This document shows, in pieces, positions 40,235-52,506 of a stretch of DNA of 64,000 nucleotides. Position 1 is the first letter of the stretch. Every line of letters starts with the position of its first letter. The notes under the pieces are model-generated. The model was given only the letters and a program-made list of their open reading frames with translations, did no database searches and was not told the DNA's origin. A program made the translations under genes and the position numbers. Source of the stretch: Octopus sinensis (lineage: Eukaryota). The stretch covers positions 59,892,001-59,956,000 of the forward strand of contig NC_043010.1 of NCBI RefSeq assembly GCF_006345805.1, given 5' to 3'.

Positions 40235-41710
40235 CACTCATCCTCTGCCTCAGTCATGTGGTGTCAGGTATACTCAGCACTCATTCTCTGTTTCGGTCAT
40301 GTGGTGTCAGGTATACTCAGCACTCATTCTCTGCTTTAGTCATATGGTGTCAGGTATACTCAGCACTCATCCTCTGTTTCAGTCATGTGGTGTCAGGTAT
40401 ACTCAGCACTCATTCCCTGTTTCGGTCATGTGGTGTCAGGTATACTCAGCACTCATTCTCTGTTTCGGTCATGTGGTGTCAGGTATACTCAGCACTCATT
40501 CTCTGCCTTAGTCATATGGTGTCAGGTATACTCAGCACTCATTCCGTTTCAGTCATGTGGTGTCAGATATACTCAGCACTCATTCTCTGCTTTAGTCATA
40601 TGGTGTCAGGTATACTCAGCACTCATCCTCTGTTTCAGTCATGTGGTGTCAGATATACTCAGCACTCATTCCGTTTCAGTCATGTGGTATCAGGTATACT
40701 CAGCACTCATTCTCTGCCTCAGTCATGTGGTGTCAGGTATACTCAGCACTCATCCTCTGCCTCAGTCATGTGGTGTCAGGTATACTCAGCACTCATTCTC
40801 TGCCTCAGTCATGTGGTGTCAGGTATACTCAGCACTCATCCTCTGCCTCAGTCATGTGGTGTCAGGTATACTCAGCACTCATCCTCTGTTTCAGTCATGT
40901 GGTGTCAGGTATACTCAGCACTCATCCTCTGTTTCAGTCATGTGGTGTCAGGTATACTCAGCACTCATCCTCTGTTTCAGTCATGTGGTGTCAGGTATAC
41001 TCAGCACTCATTCCCTGTTTCAGTCATGTGGCATCAGGTATACTTAGCACTCATCCTCTGTTTCAGTCATGTGGTGTAAGGTATACTCAGCACTCATCTG
41101 CTGTTTCAGTCATGTGGTGTCAGGTATACTCAGCACTCATCCTTTGCTTCAGTCATGTGGTGTCAGGTATACTCAGCACTCATCCTTTGCTTCAGTCATG
41201 TGGTGTCAGGTATACTCAGCACTCATCCTTTGCTTCGGTCATGTGGTGTCAGGTATACTCAGCACTCATCTTCTGCCTAGAGTCATGTGGTGTCAGGTAT
41301 ACTCAGCACTCATTCTCTGCCTCAGTCATGTGGTGTCAGGTATACTCAGCACTCATCCTCTGTTTCGGTCATGTGGTGTCAGGTATACTCAGCACTCATC
41401 CTGTTTCAGCCATGTGGTGTCAGGTATACTCAGCACTCATCCTCTGCTTCAGTCATGTGGTGTCAGGTATACTAAGCACTCATCCTCTGCTTCAGTCATG
41501 TGGTGTCAGGTATACTCAGCACTCATCCTCTGCTTCAGTCATGTGGTGTCAGGTATACTCAGCACTCATCCTCTGCTTCAGTCATGTGGTGTCAGGTATA
41601 CTCAGCACTCATCCTCTGCTTCAGTCATGTGGTGTCAGGTATACTCAGCACTCATCCTCTGTTTCAGTCATGTGGTGTCAGGTATACTCAGCACTCACCC
41701 TCTGCTTCAG
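40235..41710. repeat. 43-bp minisatellite (CAGTCATGTGGTGTCAGGTATACTCAGCACTCATCCTCTGTTT), ~34 copies
   Basis: Direct reading. Occasional 39-41 bp units. Confidence 0.98.
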
Positions 41711-42919
41711 TTACACATTGATTGGCATATTCCCCATTCTACACATCCAAAGCAACACTGCTATTCAAACTCACTCAAGTAGATCTTGTCCTTGGATCCT
41801 CTTTTTTTCCCTCTACATTCATCTCTCTCAGCTTTTGCCTGCACCTACACACATACTTTGCACATTTTGAATGTTGCTCTCAATTTTTCTTTTTTTTTTG
41901 TTGGCCCTGAGAGGTATATTTTGCTTTACACTTTCAGTTTGCAGGAGGATATTTGTAGTGAGACATGTATGTCAGCACTATTTTGTTGTGGTGACATAGC
42001 ACAGTCATGCTGGGCCAATTTCATCCAATTACTGCTGGCTGCAGAAGGATACATGTGGCAACTTCCACTCAGTGGTGAAGTGTGCCAGTTTTGAAAGGCA
42101 AAAAGTCAGTTGCCAATAGAACGTTGAGATGTAAACATCAGTTGCTGTTGGACCACCTAAATGCCAACACTTCATTGCTGTTACTACATGCTGACAAGAT
42201 GTAGTTGCTGGTTTATTCGTGAGATTCTAACTCACCTTGGATGCCACTCATTGGATTTGCTGTATATGCTTACAGCTTGAAATCTTCAGGTTCCAAACTT
42301 AACTAACTTGTATGCTATGGGAAATTAACTCAGGTCTCACACAATACCTGGTGATGTGTTTTTTCTGCATCCACATGTGTGATTTACCATCAACAAATAA
42401 ATTGTTATATTTATTAATGAAAAGATGTTGTCTTCTGATATTTCTTACATCCACATAAACACATATCTGGAACCTTCTTAGATACACAGCATCCAAACTA
42501 ATGTGGTATCATCTTTCTATTTTGTTAAAGTGATAACTTAACTTTTCTGTTATTCTGACCTGACACAAAATTATAAATAACAAAGTGTGTATGGTTGGGA
42601 AAGATGAAAAGTATACAATGAAATAACAGAGAAGAATGAAGTGTGTTGTGAGGAAGAAGAGAGAAAGAAGAAAGGGAATGAGACATGAAAAACCTGCCGA
42701 CTGCCTTGCAATGAATTACAATTAGTTTCCTGACTGAAATCATGAAATCTTTAATGGTAAAAGAATCATAGAAACCACATTTGACAAAACTATGTTAAAA
42801 GTGGAATTTTAATGATTTTTCTGGCAATGTAGTCTTTAATAATTGCTTTCTTTTAGTAAAAGTTACATACTCATAACTAATTAATAAGCAGCTTTCTTTA
42901 TTATAGTATATATATGTAT

Positions 42920-43320
42920 AGGCACCCTTGCCAACCCCCTTTGCTTGTGAAGACATGTTGGGGCAAGCGAAATCGAAATCGAATTGAACCAGCCAGGATC
43001 CCTGGTCTGGTGGTACGTAAAAAGCACTATCCGACTCGTGGCCGATGCCAGCACCGCCTCGACTGGCTTCCGTGCCGGTGGCACATAAAATACACCAATC
43101 TGACCGTGGCCGTTGCCAGCCCCGCCTGGCACCTGTGCAGGTGGCACGTAAAAGCACCCACTACACTCACGGAGTGGTTGGCGTTAGGAAGGGCATCCAG
43201 CTGTAGAAACATTGCCAAATTAGACTGGAGCCTGGTGCAGCCTTCTGGCTTCCCAGAACCCCGGTCGAACCGTCCAACCCATGCTAGCATGGAGAACGGA
43301 CGTTAAATGATGATGATGAT
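42920..43320 (+). mobile_element. Interspersed repeat ending in (GAT)n (LINE 3' end or LINE-tailed SINE); others ~5335-5590, 20770-21060, 34515-34678, 38107-38475, 45040-45500
   Basis: Shared GTGGTTGGCGTTAGGAAGGGCATCCAGCTGTAGAAAC...CCAACCCATGCTAGCATGG...TAAATGATGATGAT. Confidence 0.8.
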
Positions 43321-43871
43321 ACATATAGTGGAGGAGCAATAGCCCAGTGGTTAGGGCAGAACACTTGGATTTGTAGGATTGTGGTTTTCATTCCTAGACT
43401 GGGCGTTGTGAGTTTTTATTGAGCAAAAACACCTAAAGCTCCATCGGCCACGTCAGCAATTTTGATTTCACTTGCCTCAACAGGTCTTCGCAAGCAAAGT
43501 TTATTGTCCAATGAATGAAGGATACTCATAAGTGGGCTGGTTATACACCACTGAAATCAGCCACGGGTTATGGCCTCACTTGGCTTGTCAGGTCTTCTTA
43601 AGCACAGCATATCTCCAAAGGTCTTGGTCACTAGTCATTGCCTCAGTGAGGCCCAATGTTCGAAGGTCATGCTTCACCACCTCATCCCAGGTTTTCCTGC
43701 GTCTACCTTTTCCACAGGTTCCCTCAACTTCTAGGGTGTGACACTTTTCTTATCCATTCGCAACACATGGCCATGCCAGCGCAGTCATATCTCTTGCACA
43801 CCACTTCTGATGCTTCTTAAGTCCAACTTTTCTCTCAGAGCGCTTACACTCTGTCATGTATGCACACTGAC

Positions 43872-43917
<46 letters not shown>

Positions 43918-44358
43918 TATAGCTGTGTATGCAATGAAATAATTTACTTATGAATGTCATTTTCTCACACTTCTTGTAATGTGCCAAATTTATGTTATTT
44001 TCCATAAAATGAAAAATATAAATCCAATTTTTGAGATATGCTAAAATGCATATCTTGCTTTCAAGGAGAATCTCCTTGTAGGCAGAATTATCAGTAAAAA
44101 TACTGTTTCCATTTCTCTAAGCCAATATTTTTATGTCAGCCTTCTTCCATAATCGAGATAATGCAACATACACTGATAATGACCATGCGAGAAGAACTGT
44201 GCTGGAAGAGATATTCCACTTTATTCAAATGTCTGTGATTAATAGATAATTCTAAGTAATCTTGATATGATAAATAAGCAAAGGGTAAAAATTTCACAAA
44301 TACTATAAAAGAATTTCAAAGAAAAACTTTGTAATCACTTTTTCTTAATGAAAACAAC

Positions 44359-44390
<32 letters not shown>

Positions 44391-45514
44391 AAGAGAGAGT
44401 GTGTGTGTGTCAAGGAAAGAAAAGTGACAGTGTGCTGTGAGGAAAGACAAAAAGTACTAAACAAAATGACAGAGCAAGGATTATGAACAAAGTTTGTGTG
44501 TAAGAGAAGGGACAAAATCTGATGCAAAGAAGATGTTGAAAAGAAAAAAGAAAATCCACATCAAAATATTACCTAACAATAAATACAAAGTTGATTTACA
44601 ACAGAAAATAATCTGAGGCCATTATTCAAATGACCACGACTAATACATTTGTCTATAATGAAATAAAACTTCTAAGTAGTTTTGATATGATAAAATGGAG
44701 GTAGTGTGAAAATTCTCTTATTTTTTAATGAAAACAACTGAGAGAGGGGGAGGAAAGGAGAGAGAGAGAGGAGATGTGTTGCAATGAATGAAAATTCAAG
44801 CATATACTTGAATATTCATTGATAAAAGAAGTTTGGAAACCTCATTTTGATAACCATATATTAAAATTAGAATTTATAAGAAATTTCTAGACATTGAAGC
44901 ATTTAATAACTAATTTCTTTCAGTAAAAGTTACATAATTCTAGGAAGGGTATCTGGCTGTAGAATATCTGTCTCAACAAATTCTGTCTGACTATACAAGC
45001 AGCATGGAAAAGTGGACAGTAAATGATGATGATGATAATGATGTGCAAACCGAATTCGATGACTGGCACTCGTGCCAGTGGAGCACTAACAGCTCCATCC
45101 GAGTGGGATCACTGCCAGAGCAGCTGTCTGGCTTTAGTGCCAGTGGCACATAAAAAGAACCATTTGAGTGTGATCGTTACCAGCGTCACCTTACTGGCAC
45201 TTGAACAAAACATTCGAGCAAGGTCGTTGCCAGTGCTGCTGGACTGACTCCTGTGCAGGTGGCATGTAAAAAACACCATTACAAGTGTGGCCGTTGCCAG
45301 TACTGCCAGACTGGTGCTCGTGCGAGTGGCACATAAAAGCACCCACTACACTCTTGGAGTGGTTGGCGTTAGGAAGGGCATCAAGCTGGAGAAACTCTGC
45401 CAGATCAGATTGGAGTCTGGTGCAGCTATCTGGTACGCCAATCCTCAATCAAATCGTCCAACCCATGGAAAGCAGACGTTAAATGATGATGAGGATGATG
45501 ATATATGTGTGTTA

Positions 45515-45550
<36 letters not shown>

Positions 45551-45699
45551 CATACATACACACACACATATACATACACACACACACGCATATATATATA
45601 TATACATACATACACACACATATATATATATATACATACATACATACATTGCCAATTTGTTATATATCTGAAAAAGCTGCACACCCTAAAGCATAAAGC

Positions 45700-46022
45700 T
45701 GCACTGTATTTGTACAGTGATTCTACTGCCTGGAGTGAAGACAGGAGAGGTATGCAGTGATATATGTGTGGACGGTGCTGGAGGGGCTGACACCAAACTT
45801 TGGAATCGAGAGTTATACCAGACCTTGATATGGACATCACTGCACTGTTCCAAAATTCCAGGTGTTCCATCTAAGGTGAAGACCATGTACTGCAATAGCT
45901 GAAGGGCCCACAGCTGTTCAATGCCTTGCCAAAACATCTGAGAGATCTCTATGGAGTGGGGGTAGTTATTTTCAAGAAACAACTTGACCTCTCGCCATCC
46001 AAGATCCCACAGGTATATTCTT
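45700..46022 (+). mobile_element. LINE RT C-terminal relic (CR1/L2 group)
   Basis: RRERY..YVW..LEGL.PNFGI...KGPQLFNALPKHLRDLYGVGVVIFKKQLDL. Confidence 0.65.
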
Positions 46023-46869
46023 CCAGCAACCACCCTCTTGACCCAGGGCAGCACTATCGCCTGCAGGCACTTGATGTAGGTGTCTATGTTGAGTGTGAAA
46101 CCATGTGGGAAGATGAATGGAGGCATAATATCGCCGTCACTCCAAACATCATGATGTTGACTGGATGTTTGATTATTATCACACTTGGTACATGTTTTGG
46201 GGACATTGCCAGCCAATGGTTGTTCTGTGTATCCATCACCTGATACTGGCAGAAATTTTTCTCGTCTGTGAAAAACCAAAGCATGTTCAATTGGAGGAGA
46301 TTCTTGAGTTTGTTCAAAAGATTCATAACGTGGTCTTTCCTCTTGTCCTTGATGGCTTGGGGAAAAAATTGACCTTTTCTTATTTTGTATGAGGAATACT
46401 GAATGTCATCATGCAATACCTTCCTGATAGGAAACTCAGGCACTGCCATGTCCATGGTGATGGACCTGATTGGTTTGGAGGGATCGTTACCAATCATGGT
46501 CCAGATCTCACCAACAAATTCAGGAGTTCTTTTCTTACCAGGATGATCAGAGTGAGTTTTCCAAGCTACCATACCTTCATACTCACCATCAAATAGACTC
46601 ATCCAACTCTTTCTGAATCCTCTGTACTGTCCTCAGATTGATACCCAAACACTGAAATGTTTGTATTGGAGCTTCCAGTGTGAATATCAAGCAGTACAGC
46701 ATGTCGTTTCCAAATTTGTGGCAGAGTGAACTGCATCATGGTGCTGTTTTTCTCAGAGATGGTGCCCAACTGACTCTACAATACTGTGCAGTCGACTAAA
46801 CCAAAAAGCAAGCAATGTGCATGTGCAAAATTAGAAATATAAAATGGTGATAATTTACCCATTGCACCT

Positions 46870-46871
<2 letters not shown>
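46023..46871 (-). mobile_element. Tc1/mariner-superfamily transposase relic, maT (DD37D)-like
   Basis: WFFTDEKNF..NNHWLA...KHPVNIMMFGV..SDGDIMPPFIFPHG..YIKCLQAIVLPWVKRVVAGR. TIR-like end TACAAGGTGCAATGGGTAA adjoins (TA)n at 46872. The subfamily call is inference. Confidence 0.75.
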
Positions 46872-46924
<53 letters not shown>

Positions 46925-47109
46925 GTGTTTGTGATTAACCAAAGTCATGGGGATTCATCATTTTTCTTTTTACCTACATAAAAAAAGGGTGTTTTTGTCT
47001 CGGAGATTTTTATGGTAGTTGAAAAGACATTAGCGTCTATTTCTAATTCAGTACGTGGTGAGGCACTTAGCTGACCCATGATTATAATTATGTATATAAT
47101 TATAGAATA

Positions 47110-47188
<79 letters not shown>

Positions 47189-48003
47189 TAAGTTTAAGAG
47201 ACAGAAAGACCCACAGGCAATTCAATCATCATTGAACGACATTATCCATGATAGGTACATATAGGACTAAATGTTAAAATTATCAAAATTAATGACTTCT
47301 CATGATTTATTATTATTCACTTCCCTTACACAGTAAATATAAATAATAGAAAACACCTTTTAAGAACTTTTAGATGTTAATAAAAATTATCTCCCCTATA
47401 CAGTAACTCTCAATGTTGGATTATACGATTGCTTCATGTGGTAGCTATGTTTAATTCGTGGAGAGAAAATTACCATACAGATTAAGTTAACATTTCTTTT
47501 TACTAACATTTCTTTTTCCTATTTTTATTCCACATTTCTGTTCATTATTTACTAAAGTTAAATTATTTCGACAACTTCTAGTTATATAATTTTAATTTGT
47601 CATGTCTTTATATAGGATGTAAATAGCAAAATAAGTTCATATAGTCTAGACCTGAAGATTGGCAATATAATCGTTTAATATGGTATTGTATTTAGAGACA
47701 TTCTACTTCAGCGATATCGAGGAATATGTTGTCATGAAATGTGAGTAATCTATATAATGTAAAGTAAATGATTTAGAATAAGAATTGAAGGTATTAATTT
47801 TGATAATTTTAAGATTTAGTCCTATATGTACCTATCATGGATAATGTTCAATGATGATTGAGTTGCTTGAGGGTGATTCTGTCTCTTAAACCTATCTATA
47901 TATATGTATATGTATATAATACAGTGAGTACCACTAAATTGAACTTCTCTCTCCTGTGGACTCGGAAATAACTTCCCTAATATTAATTATTTATATACAT
48001 ATG

Positions 48004-48044
<41 letters not shown>

Positions 48045-48302
48045 ACACACATATATATATATATATGTTGTATTTGTTACATTTGAAATTTTATTTTGAT
48101 AACCATATATTAAAATTGGAATTTATAAGAAATTTCAAGATATTGAAAATTTTAATAACTACTTTTTTTTCCGTAAAAGTTACATAATTCTAGGAAGGGT
48201 ATCTGGCTATAAAATATCTGTCTCAACAAATTCTCTCTGACTATACAAGCATGGAAAAGTGGTCATTAAATGATGATGATGATGATGATGGTGATGTGCA
48301 CA

Positions 48303-48358
<56 letters not shown>

Positions 48359-48659
48359 TACATATGTAAGGGCCATGTGATGTGTGGTGATGAGAATGGC
48401 TCTTTTTTACCACATCACACAGCTCTTACAATAAAGAGGAATTTAATAGTACAAATAAATGCCAGATGGAAAAGAGACACAACTGTGTAAGAATGATTAA
48501 GGGAACATTTATTGATATGTTAACATGTGTGTCTGTGTGTGCGTCATGTATACAGAATAATAGACAGGCCATCATGAGAACAGTGTATGTGTGTGTGTGT
48601 AAGCATGAACGTATGTGTGTGTGTATTAAGAACATTTTAGGATGGCAATGAGGAAGAAG

Positions 48660-49330
48660 ACAGTGATAATGTCTATAACCATCAGAGTGAGAAGTTCATA
48701 GACACAAGAAAGCTAATACCAGTTCATAGTCAGTCATACAGGGTGGTTGAAGTACTGTTTCAAAAAGTCGCGGCCATGATGCTGAGCCGGTTATAGGTAC
48801 ATGTCATATGTGAATTCGTGGCTGTGATGCTGCTGCCTGGATCACTTGATACAGGAGTTCATGCAGGTTGTATATTTGCTGTTGATCTGTGGTGAAATAA
48901 TTCGTGAACAGTGAACTGTTGGAATTTGGGTGAATTACTTGCTGAGCTGTGTACGTAGAGAGGTGATGTTGACGAGGTTAAGTAGGATGTGATGGTGGTG
49001 ATGAAGAAGGAGGTTGCTATAATGCTGTTGGACGAAATTGGTAAGTCTCAACATAGCTGCAGTGGTGTTGTCTGGCATTGTCGCTGGAACTGGCTGTGGT
49101 CAGTGGCTAGACCTTAAAAGGTCTGGAACCAAAGACCTTGGAATGAGAACAAGCTGAGTTTTTATAAGGAGCTATAGGCTCAAACAGAATAGTAAACAGG
49201 TTGTCCCACCAGCCTCTGACTGGTTATTTGCGGCAAGTTGGCACAATTGAGTAAGAGCCAAATTGTGCCAATACCAACCAATCATAGTAGCAGCCAAAGG
49301 TTAGCTGTTCTCTGCTACGTTTAAATGCAT
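48660..49330 (-). other. Possible solo-LTR-like island with promoter-like motifs
   Basis: Unique GC-richer segment with CCAAT boxes, a minus-strand TATAAAA near 49160 and two short inverted repeats. No TSD or partner LTR found. Confidence 0.25.
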
Positions 49331-49561
49331 GTATATATCATAAATGTGAGTGAGGAATTTCATCAGAGTTTATGCTATACATACATATATATGTACATAT
49401 ATACCTACATACATTCATATGCACACGTATATACATACATGCATGCATACACACATACATTGTCAATGTATCATATATCCAAAAAAGAAGCACACTCTAA
49501 AGCATACAGCAGTAATGAATCTCTGCAATATATTTATAATGTGTATGTGTATGTATGTGTG

Positions 49562-49624
<63 letters not shown>

Positions 49625-49626
<2 letters not shown>

Positions 49627-50120
49627 ATAAAACGGTAAGATAACAAAAGAAAGAAAGAGACCTCAATATTATGTAAATAGAGGAAGGTGCGGTCTATGCG
49701 ACATGGAGAGATGGCTTATCTGGAAAAGCAGCTTAGACCCTACATGTCTAAATACAAGGACAGAACTTTTCGGATCATGCCCACATGTGACTAAATTTCT
49801 GTTACGTTTTTGGTCCCCTAAAGAAAACAGATAGAACATGCTTTCTATGTTATGTCCCAAGAAGATTTTATATATTTTTATATATTTTTATATATTTTTT
49901 ATGTATTTTTATATAATTTTTATGACAAAAAATGCGAGCGATGTATAAGTACGCAGGCAAGCAGAATTATAACACAGTAATTTCCCTTTATTTAACGGTA
50001 TTTTTTCATAGCGTTTTCAAATAGCCAGATAACCGAAGAGATGGTGTTGTGGATTTCCACTTCGGCATCTGAAACTCAGAGTTTTATCTTGACTACCGAG
50101 TAAAGTAACATATTATTGTA
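49625..50120 (+). mobile_element. 3' end / pseudo-LTR relic of a second Penelope-like family, flanked by (TA)n
   Basis: Unique ~500-bp island between (TA)n runs. Contains a hammerhead-like motif at 50027-50089. Confidence 0.5.
50027..50089 (+). ncRNA. Variant/decayed type I hammerhead motif
   Basis: Stem I AGATAA/TTATCT, core CCGAAGA (U4 to C), stem II GATG...CATC with inner GTGGA/TCCAC hairpin and an extra T, GAAA, near-palindrome ACTCAGAGT, GUU triplet. Confidence 0.55.
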
Positions 50121-50226
50121 TATATATATATATATATATATATGAACTTTAGGTTTCTCATCACTGCTTCGTTTCTTAGAGCTCTGCTGATACCACTACT
50201 ACTACTACTGCTACTACTAAATAAAC

Positions 50227-50257
<31 letters not shown>

Positions 50258-50261
<4 letters not shown>

Positions 50262-51605
50262 AGCGAGAAAGAAGCAACAAGAATGGATAGGTTTTTAGTA
50301 CGATCGTTTCATACAAGGACAGGTTTTATTAAAAGTTGCAAAGATTACAGCATATAAACGAGTCCCGTACTCATCAGCTAAAATACATGTAAGTTCTCTA
50401 GACATCCTAGTGTTTGAGGCTATACTCATGAAGTAATGTAGATAATTAAACAGATTTCTAAAGTTTCATTAAAGTTCTTTAAAGATGATGCATAGTCTTA
50501 TCACAGAATTTTAAAAAAGTTTTGGTAGCATCACAGAGAAGGTGACCTAATCCATATGAATTTCCATAGATATGATGAGGGATTATATACTCACAGAAGA
50601 CAAATTTATCCATTGTTATTAGCATTACAGAGAGGGTGAATTAATCCTTTGTATATATGCACAGATTCCAATGGTGTAGATGTAAATTTCCAGAGAAATG
50701 GAGATGAATTTCATATTCACAGGCGATAAATTTTACAATGGTTGAACACAATGAGGTAGGTACCAATCCTTGTTATATGATTAGGTGTTTGCCATATTAA
50801 TCACATTACTGCTATTCACAAGAGGCTGCAGCTATTTAACTCTTAAAGGTTGAAGGGCTTACTAGATCGGCCAAGAATAGAGAAGGGAATAGAAGAAAAG
50901 AGAGAAAATAATGGAGGAGGGAGCAAAAAAGGGGGGGAAAGGGGGACTAAAAGAGAAGAGAAAAGGGAACAGAGAATAAGAAGAAGAAAAAGAAGAAAGA
51001 GAAAAGAGAAAGGAATAGGGAAAGAAGGGAAAAAAAGAAAAAGAAAAAAGAAAAAAGAGGGTTCTAGTTATACAGAAGAGCTAGTAGACTGTAAGTCTGG
51101 TTTTAATCAACAGGCATCTGGGGACTGGAGGGGAATATTATTATTCTTTGACCAGTAAACCGTTAATTTATTGCTGTTGAAATCAGCTATGAGTTTAAAG
51201 AGAATCTAAAGAGATAACACAGTCAGGGGTTAAGGGGTCAGATGCTAAAATCACCAGAAAATACATTAGGAAAATCTAAGTATAATCTTATCAAAAAGTC
51301 ATTAAAAATTTACTTATTTAATTTATTCATTTTATTGTCTTAAGGAGTTGTCGTTATTATTCATACATTGACCGACTACAGGTCAAATCTTATAAGATCA
51401 TTTACAAGGTGTTAGGGGATTGTCTATCCTAATGAAGATAATCATATTATCACCGAGGGAATAGCCTTATTTATTTAATTATGAAATAGAATTATGGGGC
51501 TACAGTAACTAATTATAATTTATTAGAGTTATGCTACTTAAATTAGATTAAGTTAGGAATTAAAATTAAATATTACAATTAAGATTTAAAATTAAGAATT
51601 TAAAA
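50258..51605 (-). repeat. Left arm of 1348-bp inverted repeat (partner 55064-56411)
   Basis: Reverse-complement identity checked at many anchors. Only two 1-nt indels and one substitution were seen by eye. The junction with the forward element shares TTTAAAA at 51599-51605. Confidence 0.95.
50293..50383 (-). ncRNA. Type I hammerhead ribozyme motif, inverted copy
   Basis: Exact reverse complement of 56286-56376 by eye. Confidence 0.78.
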
Positions 51606-51970
51606 TTCTGTGATAAGACTATGCATCATCTTTAAAGAACTTTAATGAACTTTAGAAATCTGTTTAATTATCTACATTACTTCATGAGTATAGCCTCAAA
51701 CACTAGGATGTCTAGAGAACTTACATGTATTTTAGCTGATGAGTACGGGACTCGTTTATATGCTGTAATCTTTGCAACTTTTAATAAAACCTGTCCTTGT
51801 ATGAAACGATTGTACTAAAAACCTATCCATTCTTGTTGCTTCTTTCTCGCTTATAATCACCCCACATTACTGTATTGTTAAATCAGTATAGTTTTTTTTT
51901 TGGTGCATCTAAGTTAGGTACCATATTCAAGTAAATTTTTTAAATTAACTTGAATCTTTATTGCTCTTTG
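51599..51970 (+). repeat. 5' pseudo-LTR (direct repeat of 56155-56531)
   Basis: Identical by eye except for a C/T at 51811 and a poly-T of 10 vs 15 nt. Confidence 0.93.
51730..51820 (+). ncRNA. Type I hammerhead ribozyme motif, copy in the 5' pseudo-LTR
   Basis: Same as 56286-56376, but stem III reads ACGATTGT (C to T at 51811, still G-U compatible). Confidence 0.75.
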
Positions 51971-52024
51971 AATATATTCCCATACAGTCTGTATGTTTTT
52001 CTGGTACTTAATTTCTCAACAAGA

Positions 52025-52504
52025 ATGGAAAAAGTAAACATTAAGTTCTCCCCTAAAGACATCCCCTTACATAGTATAGATGAATATAATTGGCTTCTCA
52101 TTCATAGGATTAACGATTTCATTAGAAGAATCAGGTGGAAAACGTACCATTTTGATGTCAAACAGAAGAAGAAACCTCAGGAAATGAATACCGAAAAGAA
52201 TTTTAGAAGAATTTTTAAAAGTAGAAAAAGCCCACCTCAGAACCCATTCCTGGAGAACTTTGAGAAAGACTTGCTGAATCTTATAGATGATATTAGCTTC
52301 AATGAACACCCGTTAAGATATAACCCTCACCTTAGACACCTTAGGAACTTTATTCAGTCAACCCGGTGCAAACGTGGAATCCTAGTACCAGCAGATAAAA
52401 CGGGTAATATGTATAGAGTTGATTACGATATTTATAGCAAATTAATTAGGAAAGAACTAAACTCCAAATATAAAATTACAACTAAGAACAATTTGAAAAA
52501 GTAA
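52025..52504 (+). pseudogene. Penelope-like ORF, N-terminal part (frameshifted at ~52490-52505)
   Basis: MEKVNIKFSPKDIP...LIHRINDFIRRIRWKTYHF...FEKDLLNLI...LVPADKTGNMYRV resembles the PLE N-terminal region. It continues in the -1 frame as FEKVNMEMKEI. Confidence 0.75.
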
Positions 52505-52506
52505 AC

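Noticed and set aside
40235-41710. CRISPR-like array
   Set aside because: No unique spacers, no cas genes, and a eukaryotic context. The same applies to the 21-bp array.
40176-41910. Overlapping ORFs up to 409 aa
   Set aside because: Products of the 43-bp minisatellite cycling through frames; no domain.
50850-51158. K/R-rich ORF (and its mirror 55511-55759)
   Set aside because: Purine tract in the PLE 3' region. The two copies differ by a frameshift, so it is not maintained as coding.
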